Shown: piece after piece, positions 9,482 to 18,206 of the stretch
Layout: the number at the start of each line of letters is the position of its first letter
Numbering within the stretch: position 1 is the stretch's first letter
From: Planctomycetota bacterium
Lineage (GTDB): Bacteria > Planctomycetota > PLA2 > JAEUHO01
Direction of reading: 5' to 3'
DNA: 64,000 nucleotides
NCBI GenBank assembly: GCA_965222115.1
Contig: CBDCTJ010000007.1
Location: forward strand, 2,464,001 to 2,528,000
Notes under the pieces: model-generated
What the model saw: only the letters and a program-made list of their open reading frames with translations
Told to the model about the DNA's origin: nothing
The model's database searches: none
Position numbers and translations under genes: made by a program

Positions 9482-10786
9482 TTGCGCAAAATGTGGCGAC
9501 CTAAATGGCCCACCGTTTCCAAATGTGTCAAAGCGGCCTTTGGTGCATTACTTGTGCTGTTCATCGCGTCGTCCTCGGCTTGTGGCGATTGCAAGAACAC
9601 CGAGACAGTTGTCGAATTAGAGAGGCACGCGGCGGGCGGCGACTGTTCCTCTGCGTATCAACTCGGTCGCGTTGTGCCTCACGTGGCGATGCGTCTATTG
9701 CGAAATGCCACCGACAGTTCGATACGACGCACGCTCTTGGAAGGACTTGTTGCCAGCCGCTTCTCGAAACCTGATGGGTACATTCAGTTGCTAGATGAAC
9801 TGCTTGACCATGAGGACATTGAGACCACACATGCCGCGTTGCGGGCACTAGCCGTGGCGGGGTACCAACATACGACGGCGCTGGTCGCGGTGACTCGTGT
9901 TGCAGAGAGCGAGACGTATTCTATTTCGTTTCGTATCCGCGCCATTGAGTGGCTAGCGAGGCATGGCAAGCGAGCATCGAGTTTTCATCCGAAGCCCGAG
10001 GTGATCTTCTCAACGAAGCATCCGTACATTGTGCGTGCCTATGCGAAATTGGTTCGTTGGTCTGTCATTGATCACTTGACTCTCGGGAGCGCTTTCGCTG
10101 AGTGGCTCTCACGAAATCCAACTAGTGGCGCCAATCCAACATCACTATTTTTTGAGCACTTGCCTGACAATTCAAACTCAAGGCTTGTCGAGTTGGCGCT
10201 TGACTACTTGTCGCGAGGACATCCCGTGGATGTTGTTGCAGCCTTGTACTTCGCGCGACGATCCCGGGTATTGCGACGAAAGGCAAAGCGTCAGATAGAA
10301 CTAAAGATGGATGGCGGGGACGCACTTGCATTGGCTGCTGCGGAAGCAAGTGCGGACTTCGATCGTCCGCGGGCGCTAAAATTCTTGAAAGACGTAGTGC
10401 GCGTAGACAAGCAACTGCCCCCGGGCTACGTCGTGGATGCGATCGGACAACTGACTCGATTGTTGGAGCCCAGCGAGTTGGCCGAGTTCCTTGAAACGGT
10501 CACAAGTCCCAGCCCGTGGGTACGAATCAGGATTGCGGTTGCGCTGGCGAATGCGGGCTCGACGCCTGCGTCATCTGCAATAAACGCGCTCGTCGGGGAG
10601 ATTCTGAAGCCCGCCCCCAGGAGAACGCCGTTTAACGCTAGTCAAGCGGGGCTCGTTCTAGAGTGCCTGGCATTGACGAATCTTCAGTCAACGGATCTCG
10701 TACCACTCATCAAGCTCCGTTGCAAAGTCGATCCGTATGTCAGAGAAGCCATTACTGAGCTAGTCATCGACGTGGCGCATCGGTAG
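9482..10786 (+). CDS. Orphan helical-repeat (HEAT-like) secreted protein
   Basis: 434-aa ORF with an N-terminal hydrophobic segment, HEAT-like SPWVRIRIAVALA, and visibly A/T-richer codons than its neighbours. Confidence 0.6.
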   Translation: MRKMWRPKWPTVSKCVKAAFGALLVLFIASSSACGDCKNTETVVELERHAAGGDCSSAYQLGRVVPHVAMRLLRNATDSSIRRTLLEGLVASRFSKPDGYIQLLDELLDHEDIETTHAALRALAVAGYQHTTALVAVTRVAESETYSISFRIRAIEWLARHGKRASSFHPKPEVIFSTKHPYIVRAYAKLVRWSVIDHLTLGSAFAEWLSRNPTSGANPTSLFFEHLPDNSNSRLVELALDYLSRGHPVDVVAALYFARRSRVLRRKAKRQIELKMDGGDALALAAAEASADFDRPRALKFLKDVVRVDKQLPPGYVVDAIGQLTRLLEPSELAEFLETVTSPSPWVRIRIAVALANAGSTPASSAINALVGEILKPAPRRTPFNASQAGLVLECLALTNLQSTDLVPLIKLRCKVDPYVREAITELVIDVAHR

Positions 10787-10817
10787 CGTCCAGACCTCCG
10801 CTCGTTTCGGCCCGCTA

Positions 10818-11070
10818 CGCCTGCGCTTCGTTTCTTAGCGTTCTTAGTGTGAGCTATTTCTTCAAGCACCGTTCCGCCACCTCCAAACACCCGCATTCAC
10901 CGACTGCCATCCCAAACGCTTGCGCCCCTCTGCGCCTCTGCGGTCTCTGCGCGCGGCTAAAACCGACTAAACAAGAAACTCCTCGTTCTCCGGTTGCGCT
11001 TGGTGATCTTGGTGTCCTTCGTGAGAACCTTCTTCTTCAAACGGCGCCACACAACCAATCACGTACGCTC
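10818..11070. repeat. REP-like composite repeat module, right (inverted) copy
   Basis: 10818-10855 is the reverse complement of 9095-9132 (36/38); 10995-11040 is the reverse complement of 9185-9230 (42/46). Confidence 0.8.
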
Positions 11071-11116
11071 CCGCCAAACAACGCACCCCAACGCTTGCGC
11101 TCCTCTGTTTGGCGCA

Positions 11117-11152
11117 CAAAGAAACCCGGCCTCCCCAACGGGAAGACCGGGT
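11117..11152 (-). terminator. Probable intrinsic terminator of the DUF533 gene
   Basis: ACCCGG...CCC-caac-GGG...CCGGGT hairpin followed on the minus strand by TTCTTTGT. Confidence 0.55.
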
Positions 11153-11198
11153 GCGGTTCGATTCACACTGCGCGAGCGCAGCGACGAAACTGTGTCAA

Positions 11199-11780
11199 CT
11201 AAAAGATGCGCGGGGCATTGCACTGTTCGTGAATGCTGTTGCACACTTCCGGTTGTAGGCGCAGGCCGTGGGCGAGTTGCTTGAGGTACTGCGCTTCTTT
11301 GTTCTGATCGAGGTCCAGAGTCAGTAGCGAGAAACCGTAGACCTGCTGCTCAAGTCCAAGCGGGATTTCCCAGGCGAACTCTTTGACGTCGAGCGGGCGA
11401 GCGAATTCTTCGCGCAGGAACTGCACTTCGGCTTCGGTGACGTCACCGAGTTGCTTCAGAATCGCGGTCTGCTCATTGTCGTCGAGCTTGCCATCGGACT
11501 TGGCGGCGTTCACCATGGCGCGCACAAGAATTTTGGCCTGTGCGTTATCAAGCTCGCTCTTTGGGTGTGCGGGTGCCTGAGGTGCGCCACGGCTTTGCTC
11601 GTAGCGCGAATACGCGTCACGGGCCACACGACCAAAGTCGTCGCGTTGACGCGGCTGTGCCGGAGGAGCCGCCGCTGCTTTCTTATCGCCGCCCAAAAGG
11701 CCTTCGAGGATCTTTCCAATGCCGCCGCCGGATTGGGACTTCTTCTTGAGAAGACCACCGAGAATTTCTGCCATATCCAT
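11199..11780 (-). CDS. DUF533/YebE-like (TerB-fold) protein
   Basis: LVRAMVNAAKSDGKLD..E..AI, E..YL.QLA.GL.L motifs; Gly-rich N-terminus. Confidence 0.85.
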   Translation of the reverse strand: MDMAEILGGLLKKKSQSGGGIGKILEGLLGGDKKAAAAPPAQPRQRDDFGRVARDAYSRYEQSRGAPQAPAHPKSELDNAQAKILVRAMVNAAKSDGKLDDNEQTAILKQLGDVTEAEVQFLREEFARPLDVKEFAWEIPLGLEQQVYGFSLLTLDLDQNKEAQYLKQLAHGLRLQPEVCNSIHEQCNAPRIF

Positions 11781-11922
11781 TTCGTACGTACTCCAATGAC
11801 GTTCAGGTCCGTCGCGCAGATTCGCGTGACGTGCTCGTTACTGTATGTCCGCTCCGGGTCCGGGGTGGGATTTGTGCATTTCTCATTTTCTAGGGCAAGT
11901 GCTTGTTCGCCGGGCGTGGGTC

Positions 11923-12182
11923 ACCTCACGCAGAGGCGCTATGTGGCAAAGGCGCAAGGGGAAATCGGTGCCGTCTCCTACGTGGCCAGGTTTGAGGGGC
12001 CCAACTCCGCAAAGAACGAGATCCACACTCGTGACTACCGTCATCTTCGGAGGCTGAGCAACCGGGTCGGGCAATGGATCGGGCGACAGATTAAGAATCA
12101 GCAAAACGTCCAGTTGAGCATCGCTTCGCTCCACTACATGCATCGCTCTGCGCCTCTGCAACGCGGCGTCTCCGCGTGAGGT
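11923..12182. repeat. Small REPIN-like element with inverted ends of the GCAGAGGCGC family
   Basis: ACCTCACGCAGAGGCGC (11923-11939) versus GCGTCTCCGCGTGAGGT (12166-12182); CTCTGCGCCTCTGC at ~12146. Confidence 0.55.
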
Positions 12183-12222
12183 AAATCGCGTCCAACGACC
12201 GCACTTCCCTCGCAAGCCGAAC

Positions 12223-13392
12223 CTATGAGGAACCGCCGTCCTCAACCGTTTCATAGATCCGGTACCGCTTCGTGATCATGCCACCGATGGCCTCAATCCC
12301 GGCGCGCATCTTCGCATTGTCTTCCAGCACCCAGCCACACTCGGCGCCAACGACCTTAGAGGCGCGACCACCGAGGAGGCCGCGCGTGATGAGGGCCTCA
12401 GCAATCGCGGAACCGCGGGCCTCCGGAACGACGCCGAGAAGTACGCAGCGCGTTCGACGAACGTTTTTGAGCCCGCGCAAGAGCTTGAACCACATGACCG
12501 GGAGCATGCGACCTCGGCCGCGATGAAGAATTCGATTGATGTCGCGCAGGAACACGCTGAAGCCCACCGGGACGCCCTTGCGCTCGGCGACGCCGGACAT
12601 GTTGGGGTCGATCAGCATCTTGAGATCCTTGGCGGCATGATCGAATTCCGCATCGGTCGTCGGGACGAAGCCCCAGTTCTTTTCCCAAGAACGATTGTAG
12701 AGACTTCGAATGATCTTGATTTCGCTGTCGAAATTGTCGGTGTCAATGGCGCGAATCACTATGCCTTTGCGAACAAGCTGGCGATCGATGACGCGTTTGA
12801 AGCGAGGTGGCAGAGGGAGCGACGTGGGGCACCAGTAACTTATGAGGTCCTTCACACCCACGAGGCCGGCACCCGTAACCAGCAAGTCGTAGTCCGGTCG
12901 ATTGTAGGGCATCAGAATGGCCGGCGGCTCGCCGAACCCCTGAACGAGGATGCCGCAACTGTCATTCGTCGAGTAGTTGACCGGTCCGCGCATGGGCGAG
13001 AGGCCGCGTGCGTCGCACCACGCCTTGGCCGCATTGAGCAAAGCCTTTGCGGTTTCTACGTCTTCGTACGCCGCTACGTCAAAGAACCCGAAGAAGCCAA
13101 TGCGATCTTCGTGGATTTCATTGTGACGTCGATTTTCGATCGCAGCAATGCGCCCGACGATCTCATTGCCGCGCCACGCAAGAAAGTGCTGTGCGTCGGC
13201 GTGCAAGAAGAAGGGGTTCTTTTTCTGGTCCATGAGCGCGGCTTCGACCATCCGGAGCGGCGGTACATAGTCGGGCCACTTCGCATTGATCTTGTAGGTA
13301 AAGTCGATGAATGCCTTGCGCTCACGACGCCCCTGCTCGGGACGTACGACAACGGGCGTGGTGGACGGAGCATCCATGGAAGAGTCGCTCAC
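12223..13392 (-). CDS. GNAT-like N-acyltransferase (YghO-like), probable bacterial ceramide synthase bCerS
   Basis: VPPL...KKNPFF.HA, VGRIAAI.N..HN..H, GFFGFF, MPYN, WEKNWGFVP, GWVLEDN motifs; directly downstream of spt. Confidence 0.8.
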   Translation of the reverse strand: MSDSSMDAPSTTPVVVRPEQGRRERKAFIDFTYKINAKWPDYVPPLRMVEAALMDQKKNPFFLHADAQHFLAWRGNEIVGRIAAIENRRHNEIHEDRIGFFGFFDVAAYEDVETAKALLNAAKAWCDARGLSPMRGPVNYSTNDSCGILVQGFGEPPAILMPYNRPDYDLLVTGAGLVGVKDLISYWCPTSLPLPPRFKRVIDRQLVRKGIVIRAIDTDNFDSEIKIIRSLYNRSWEKNWGFVPTTDAEFDHAAKDLKMLIDPNMSGVAERKGVPVGFSVFLRDINRILHRGRGRMLPVMWFKLLRGLKNVRRTRCVLLGVVPEARGSAIAEALITRGLLGGRASKVVGAECGWVLEDNAKMRAGIEAIGGMITKRYRIYETVEDGGSS

Positions 13393-13435
13393 GAGTCGCT
13401 CACAAATCGCTCACATGGAAATGGGATGCCGGTCG

Positions 13436-14638
13436 CTACGCCTTGACCAGTTGAAATTGCTGCGCGACGCTCCTGAACGCCTGAAGCACGAGGTCCAAAT
13501 CCTCGTCGGTGTGCGTGGCCATGTACGACGTGCGCAGGAGACTTTGGCCGGGAGGTACGGCCGGGGGCAACACCGGATTGACGAATACGCCCTGCTCAAA
13601 GAGCGCGCGGTTGAACTTGAGAGTGGGTTCTTCTTCGCCAATCACCACACTCAGAATCGGGCTGCCGCCGTCGTGAATCACGTCAAGGCCCATGGCTTCA
13701 AAGCCTGCCTTCATCTTGGCCACGTTCTTCCACAGGGCTTTGCGCCGTTCAGGTTCGTCGCGAATGACGTGCAGGCACGCAAGCACGGTCGCCACACTCG
13801 ACGGCGTCATGCTTGCTGAAAAAATGATCGATCGGCTGACGTGCTTGAGGAAGTGAATGACATCGGCAGGGCCGGCGATGAATCCGCCAAGGCACGCAAA
13901 GGACTTGCTAAACGTGCCAACGACGATGTCTACGTCGTCCATGACACCAAAGTGTTCGGCGGTGCCACGGCCATGTTCACCGAGGACGCCCAGAGCATGG
14001 GCATCGTCGACAATGACGCGCGCTGGGTACTGTTTCGCCAAGCGAACGATTTCAGGTAGCGGCGCGAGATCGCCCAGCATGGAAAACACACCATCCGTAA
14101 TGATGATGCGACCGCCGCATTCGGGGATTTCGGTAATCGCCAGCACGCGCTCCAGGTCATCCACGTCGTTGTGTCGATATTTCAAGAGCTTGGCGAATGA
14201 CAGCCGGCAACCATCGATGATGGATGCGTGATTGTCTCGGTCGCCAAAGATGATGTCGTCACGACTGGCAATGGCAGAGATGAGGCCGAGATTGGTTTGA
14301 AAGCCCGTGCCCGATGTAATGCACGCCTCTTTGCCAAGAAAGCGCGCGAGTTCCTCTTCCATTTCTTCATGGAGACTTAATGTGCCGTTGAGGAAGCGGC
14401 TTCCGGTGCACCCCGAACCAAACTTTGAGATGGCTTCACGGGCCGCTTCCAACACACGCGGTTCGTGCGTGAGACCGAGGTAGTTATTGGAGCCGGCCAT
14501 GACGAGTTCGCGCCCGTCGATGTTGACACGCGTACCGCGTCTACTTTCCGAGATGGCCCGGAAGTAGGGGTAGATGCCCGCGGCCTGCAGGTCTTTCGCC
14601 CGCGCGTAGCGTTCGGCCTTCTCAAACGGGTCTAGCAC
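13436..14638 (-). CDS. spt: Alpha-oxoamine synthase, probable serine palmitoyltransferase
   Basis: GIYPYFRAI, GSNNYLGL, GSRFLNGT, DDAH, PLP lysine motif GTFSKS (SPT-type rather than BioF GTLSKA or KBL GTLGKA). Confidence 0.85.
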   Translation of the reverse strand: MLDPFEKAERYARAKDLQAAGIYPYFRAISESRRGTRVNIDGRELVMAGSNNYLGLTHEPRVLEAAREAISKFGSGCTGSRFLNGTLSLHEEMEEELARFLGKEACITSGTGFQTNLGLISAIASRDDIIFGDRDNHASIIDGCRLSFAKLLKYRHNDVDDLERVLAITEIPECGGRIIITDGVFSMLGDLAPLPEIVRLAKQYPARVIVDDAHALGVLGEHGRGTAEHFGVMDDVDIVVGTFSKSFACLGGFIAGPADVIHFLKHVSRSIIFSASMTPSSVATVLACLHVIRDEPERRKALWKNVAKMKAGFEAMGLDVIHDGGSPILSVVIGEEEPTLKFNRALFEQGVFVNPVLPPAVPPGQSLLRTSYMATHTDEDLDLVLQAFRSVAQQFQLVKA

Positions 14639-14857
14639 AGGCGTCCTCGCGCGGCGGTTTCATCGAATCGCCCGGCTGCGCTCGATGGAAGGGGCATACT
14701 TGGATCTAGCGAGACGTGGGACCTTCGCCCAGCCCCGCCACGGGCTCGGTAAGTCTACCGATGCCGGGAGACCATGACGGCAGGCGTGCGACCCGGCGGC
14801 GCGAATTCTGTCCGACGTCCATTGGGGACAAGCCCACCTCGGCGCGATAGTCCCTCC

Positions 14858-15847
14858 ATGCGCGTACTTGTCACCGGTGGACATGGATTCGTGGGTCAGC
14901 ACCTCGTTCGCTCTCTGTTGGGGGCGGGGCATGCGGTTTCCATCCTCTACCGGCACAGCGGTCGGCCTGCCAGTCTCGACGGGCTCGACGTCGAGGTCGT
15001 CCATGGCGATTTGAACGACGGGCGAGGATTGGATGCGGCCGTCGCGGACCGAAAACGCATCTTTCATCTCGCCGGTCTGACCCGCAGCGTCACGCGCAGC
15101 CAAATGCTGCGCACAAACGTGGATGGAACGGCGCGGCTCCTCGCGGCGGCGCGCCGATCCGGATTTCGAGGGCGATTCGTATTCTGCAGTTCGCTGGCTG
15201 CGTGTTCGCCCAGTTTGGACGGCACGCCGTTGACTGAGCTGACCGCAACCATGGCGCCGCTCACGTGGTACGGCGAAAGCAAGCGCAAGGCCGAGTCACT
15301 TGTACGTCGGTGTGTCGGCGAATTCGACACATCCATCGTTCGCCCACCCGCCGTGTACGGCCCCGGTGATCGCGATTTTTTGACCTTCTTCGACAGCGTT
15401 GCTAAGGGCGTGGCGCTCGTTCCTGGCCGTCGCACGACCGCGCTGTGCAGTTTGATCTTCGCGCCGGATCTTGCCGAGGCTTTGATGGCAGTGGGGGACT
15501 CGCCGGCCACGATCGGCAAGACCTACTTCGCCGCCCATCCGGAGATTGTGTCGGTAGACGACATGATTCGTGCCGCTGAGGCGTCTATGGGTCGTAGATC
15601 CAGGCGACTGCGACTGCCCACCTCCCTTCTCAGACTCACGGGGAAGGTTACGGATCTCGTGACACAGATTACGGGTCGTGCCTCGCTCCTCGGAAGCCAG
15701 CGAATTCGAGAGGTCGCCAGTGCACATTGGGTGTGCAGCCCGGAACGCGTTCAGCGCGACACGAGTTGGCGCGCATCCACGCCGATTGCCCGTGGCTTCC
15801 CGGAGACTGTTGCGGTGTACCGCGCGCGCGGGCAGCTCAAAATTTGA
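14858..15847 (+). CDS. NAD-dependent epimerase/dehydratase, probable ceramide reductase CerR-like
   Basis: VLVTGGHGFVG, SSLAA, YGESK, RPPAVYGPGD; divergent from spt. Confidence 0.8.
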   Translation: MRVLVTGGHGFVGQHLVRSLLGAGHAVSILYRHSGRPASLDGLDVEVVHGDLNDGRGLDAAVADRKRIFHLAGLTRSVTRSQMLRTNVDGTARLLAAARRSGFRGRFVFCSSLAACSPSLDGTPLTELTATMAPLTWYGESKRKAESLVRRCVGEFDTSIVRPPAVYGPGDRDFLTFFDSVAKGVALVPGRRTTALCSLIFAPDLAEALMAVGDSPATIGKTYFAAHPEIVSVDDMIRAAEASMGRRSRRLRLPTSLLRLTGKVTDLVTQITGRASLLGSQRIREVASAHWVCSPERVQRDTSWRASTPIARGFPETVAVYRARGQLKI

Positions 15848-15948
15848 GTTTCGCCGGATGATTCGTGCGCCAACGCTGAGATCGTCCTTCCGGAACCGAT
15901 TTGGACGTCGTGTTTGACCTTGCTTGGGTCCGCCCCGAGAATGCGACG

Positions 15949-16428
15949 GTGCTACCGAATGCTCGACCCCCTCGCCGCGGACTGACGCGCTTGCGCAAAC
16001 TCGCTTGCGGGCCGCTGCTGTTGCTGATCCTTTGTGTATTGGGGGGGTGTCAGAGTGAAGAAGCATTTGCGCCGCGGCCTTTGGATCAAGCGATCAAGCA
16101 TCCCAGTCCCGGCGTTCGCGTGGCCGCGGTGCAGCGTGCGATACAGTCCGGTGACACAAGCGAGGTGCCGGAACTTATAGAAATGCTCGACGATGAGGAC
16201 CCAACAGTGCGGATGCTTGCATCGTCATCGCTCAAGCGCATCACGGGTCGAGACACCGGCTATCTGCCGTATGCATCCCCAGAAGTTAGGCGTTCGCAGC
16301 GGGATGCGTGGCGTTTGTGGTGGGCGTCACAACAGCAAATCGGTGACTCGGCGAGTTCGCCTCCCCTGTATCCAGTCTCAAAGCCAATGACCATGGATTC
16401 GCCACATGGGGAGGGCATGGGTGAGTGA
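15949..16428 (+). CDS. HEAT-repeat lipoprotein
   Basis: Lipobox LGGC; LIEMLDDEDPTVRMLASSSLKRITG. Start uncertain. Confidence 0.75.
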   Translation: MLPNARPPRRGLTRLRKLACGPLLLLILCVLGGCQSEEAFAPRPLDQAIKHPSPGVRVAAVQRAIQSGDTSEVPELIEMLDDEDPTVRMLASSSLKRITGRDTGYLPYASPEVRRSQRDAWRLWWASQQQIGDSASSPPLYPVSKPMTMDSPHGEGMGE

Positions 16429-16858
16429 GCCGCAACAAATCCAGACAGAGCGGCTTGAGACTTCTCTCACCTCCAATCCACGGTGGCTTCCCGTCGTGCG
16501 TGGCATAGTGAGCGAAGCCGCCGGCGTGGTGGGACTCGATCGCGAGGCACAAGAGTCAATCGCTTTGGCGGTCAATGAAGCGTGGACCAACGTGATTCGA
16601 CACGTGTACGGCGGGCGCGAAGACGCACGCATTGACCTGGCAATTGAACTGCACCCCGACCGCCTCGCGACGTATATTACCGACTACGGCACGTTTGTGG
16701 ATCCCGGAACCATTCGGTCACGGAGGCTCGAGGACGTACGCCCCGGCGGCATTGGTGTTCACCTTATCAAGACCACCATGGACGACGTGGAGTACAAGTT
16801 GAACGAGCACGGGGGAACAACATTGTCCATGGTTCGCTATCTCGAATCGCATGCGTAG
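16421..16858 (+). CDS. RsbW/SpoIIAB-type anti-sigma factor kinase (HATPase_c)
   Basis: LAVNEAWTNVIRH, ITDYG, PGGIGVHLI...MD; GGAGGG RBS before GTG. Confidence 0.9.
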   Translation: MSEPQQIQTERLETSLTSNPRWLPVVRGIVSEAAGVVGLDREAQESIALAVNEAWTNVIRHVYGGREDARIDLAIELHPDRLATYITDYGTFVDPGTIRSRRLEDVRPGGIGVHLIKTTMDDVEYKLNEHGGTTLSMVRYLESHA

Positions 16859-16915
16859 CAATTCGGCTACGTAGCGAATCGGTTGGCGCACGCCACATGC
16901 TATGAAGGAAACCCC

Positions 16916-17257
16916 ATGAAAGTCACCAGCGAATCCCACGGGAACGGATCCGTATTTGTCGTTGAAGGTCACTTGGACATGGGGTCTACCTCAACGCTGC
17001 GCAATGAGTTGCGCGGCGCGCTCAAGCGCAAAAGCACACCGTTGGTCGTGGATCTCACGGATGTCGCGTTTATTGATTCAAGCGGCCTCGCCACGTTGAT
17101 TGAGGCGCTGCAGTCGGTCTCGCACTATGGGGGTCGCATGTGCCTGTGTGGTTTGCGGCCTGAAGTCAAGCGCCTATTTGAACTTGCCCATCTCGGAAGC
17201 ATTTTCGAGGTAAAGGAAACCCGCGACCAAGCGCTTGGTCTCACGGGCCCCGCGTAG
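16916..17257 (+). CDS. STAS anti-anti-sigma factor (RsbV/MlaB-like)
   Basis: VVDLTDVAFIDSSGLATL with the phospho-acceptor Ser. Confidence 0.9.
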   Translation: MKVTSESHGNGSVFVVEGHLDMGSTSTLRNELRGALKRKSTPLVVDLTDVAFIDSSGLATLIEALQSVSHYGGRMCLCGLRPEVKRLFELAHLGSIFEVKETRDQALGLTGPA

Positions 17258-17375
17258 CCATTTTCAAAATCGATTTAGATCAGGGGCAGAGAGAAACCGC
17301 CGAGTGAACTTGTGTAAGGAGTAGCGTTTTGCCGCACGGTCGCTCGCGCGTTCCGCTCGGGAAGGGACCACACTC

Positions 17376-18188
17376 GTGGCGGTCGTAGGCGGCATAGGGC
17401 GGTGGATTGAGGCCCTTGGTGGAACGGTTCTAGGGACGGTCCAGTTCCTTGGCGGCCTCGGGCTGATGGTGCGCCAGAGTGTGGGCCATCTTGTGTTGGG
17501 TCCCTTTCGCGGCCAAGGTGTACCGCGTCGCGCGTTCATGACGCAGGCTGTGCGCGCCGGCCCCAAGTCGTTGTTCATCGTATGCATCATTAACTTCTTC
17601 GTCGGCGTGATTCTCGCGTTGATCGGTGGCGACATTCTCAATCTGCTCGGATTCAAAGAGTATGTGGGCGACCTCATCGGCGTGGGAATCGTCATGGAAC
17701 TCGGCCCGCTGCTAACAGGCATCATTATGACCGGCTACATCGGGGCGGCGTTCGCTGCCGAGATTGGGACCATGGTGGTGTCGGAGGAGATTGTCGCCTT
17801 GCGCACCATGGCGCTCAATCCCGTGCGTGTCATCGTTGCGCCACGCATGTTGGCCGTGCTCTTTATGGTTCCCTGCGTGACGATTATCGGAAATGCCGTG
17901 GGCATTCTCGGCGGCGCAAGCGTGGCTCATTCCGTGTTGGATGTATCCCCCAATACGTTTTGGGAGCATGTGTGGGCCACGTTGGCGCCGCGTCAAGTTT
18001 GGCGTGGACTCGCCAAGAGCGTGGTATTTGCGCTTCTCATCGGCGCCATTGGTTGTTTTAAGGGCTTCCGGGTGTCGGGCGGTGCGGAGGGCGTGGGCCG
18101 GGCCACCACCAGCGCGGTGGTGACTACCATTATCAGCATTGTGATCAGCGATGGGATCCTAAACTATTTGCTGCTCTATCGTTTGTAG
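17376..18188 (+). CDS. mlaE: MlaE family ABC permease
   Basis: ELGPLLTGI, AAEIGTMVVSEEI.AL, GAEGVGRATTSAVV. Confidence 0.92.
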   Translation: MAVVGGIGRWIEALGGTVLGTVQFLGGLGLMVRQSVGHLVLGPFRGQGVPRRAFMTQAVRAGPKSLFIVCIINFFVGVILALIGGDILNLLGFKEYVGDLIGVGIVMELGPLLTGIIMTGYIGAAFAAEIGTMVVSEEIVALRTMALNPVRVIVAPRMLAVLFMVPCVTIIGNAVGILGGASVAHSVLDVSPNTFWEHVWATLAPRQVWRGLAKSVVFALLIGAIGCFKGFRVSGGAEGVGRATTSAVVTTIISIVISDGILNYLLLYRL

Positions 18189-18206
18189 GGCACGCGGAGC
18201 ACAACC

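Noticed and set aside
13436-14638. BioF or KBL assignment for the alpha-oxoamine synthase
   Set aside because: The GTFSKS motif and the bCerS-like/CerR-like neighbours favour Spt, and no bio or tdh genes are nearby.
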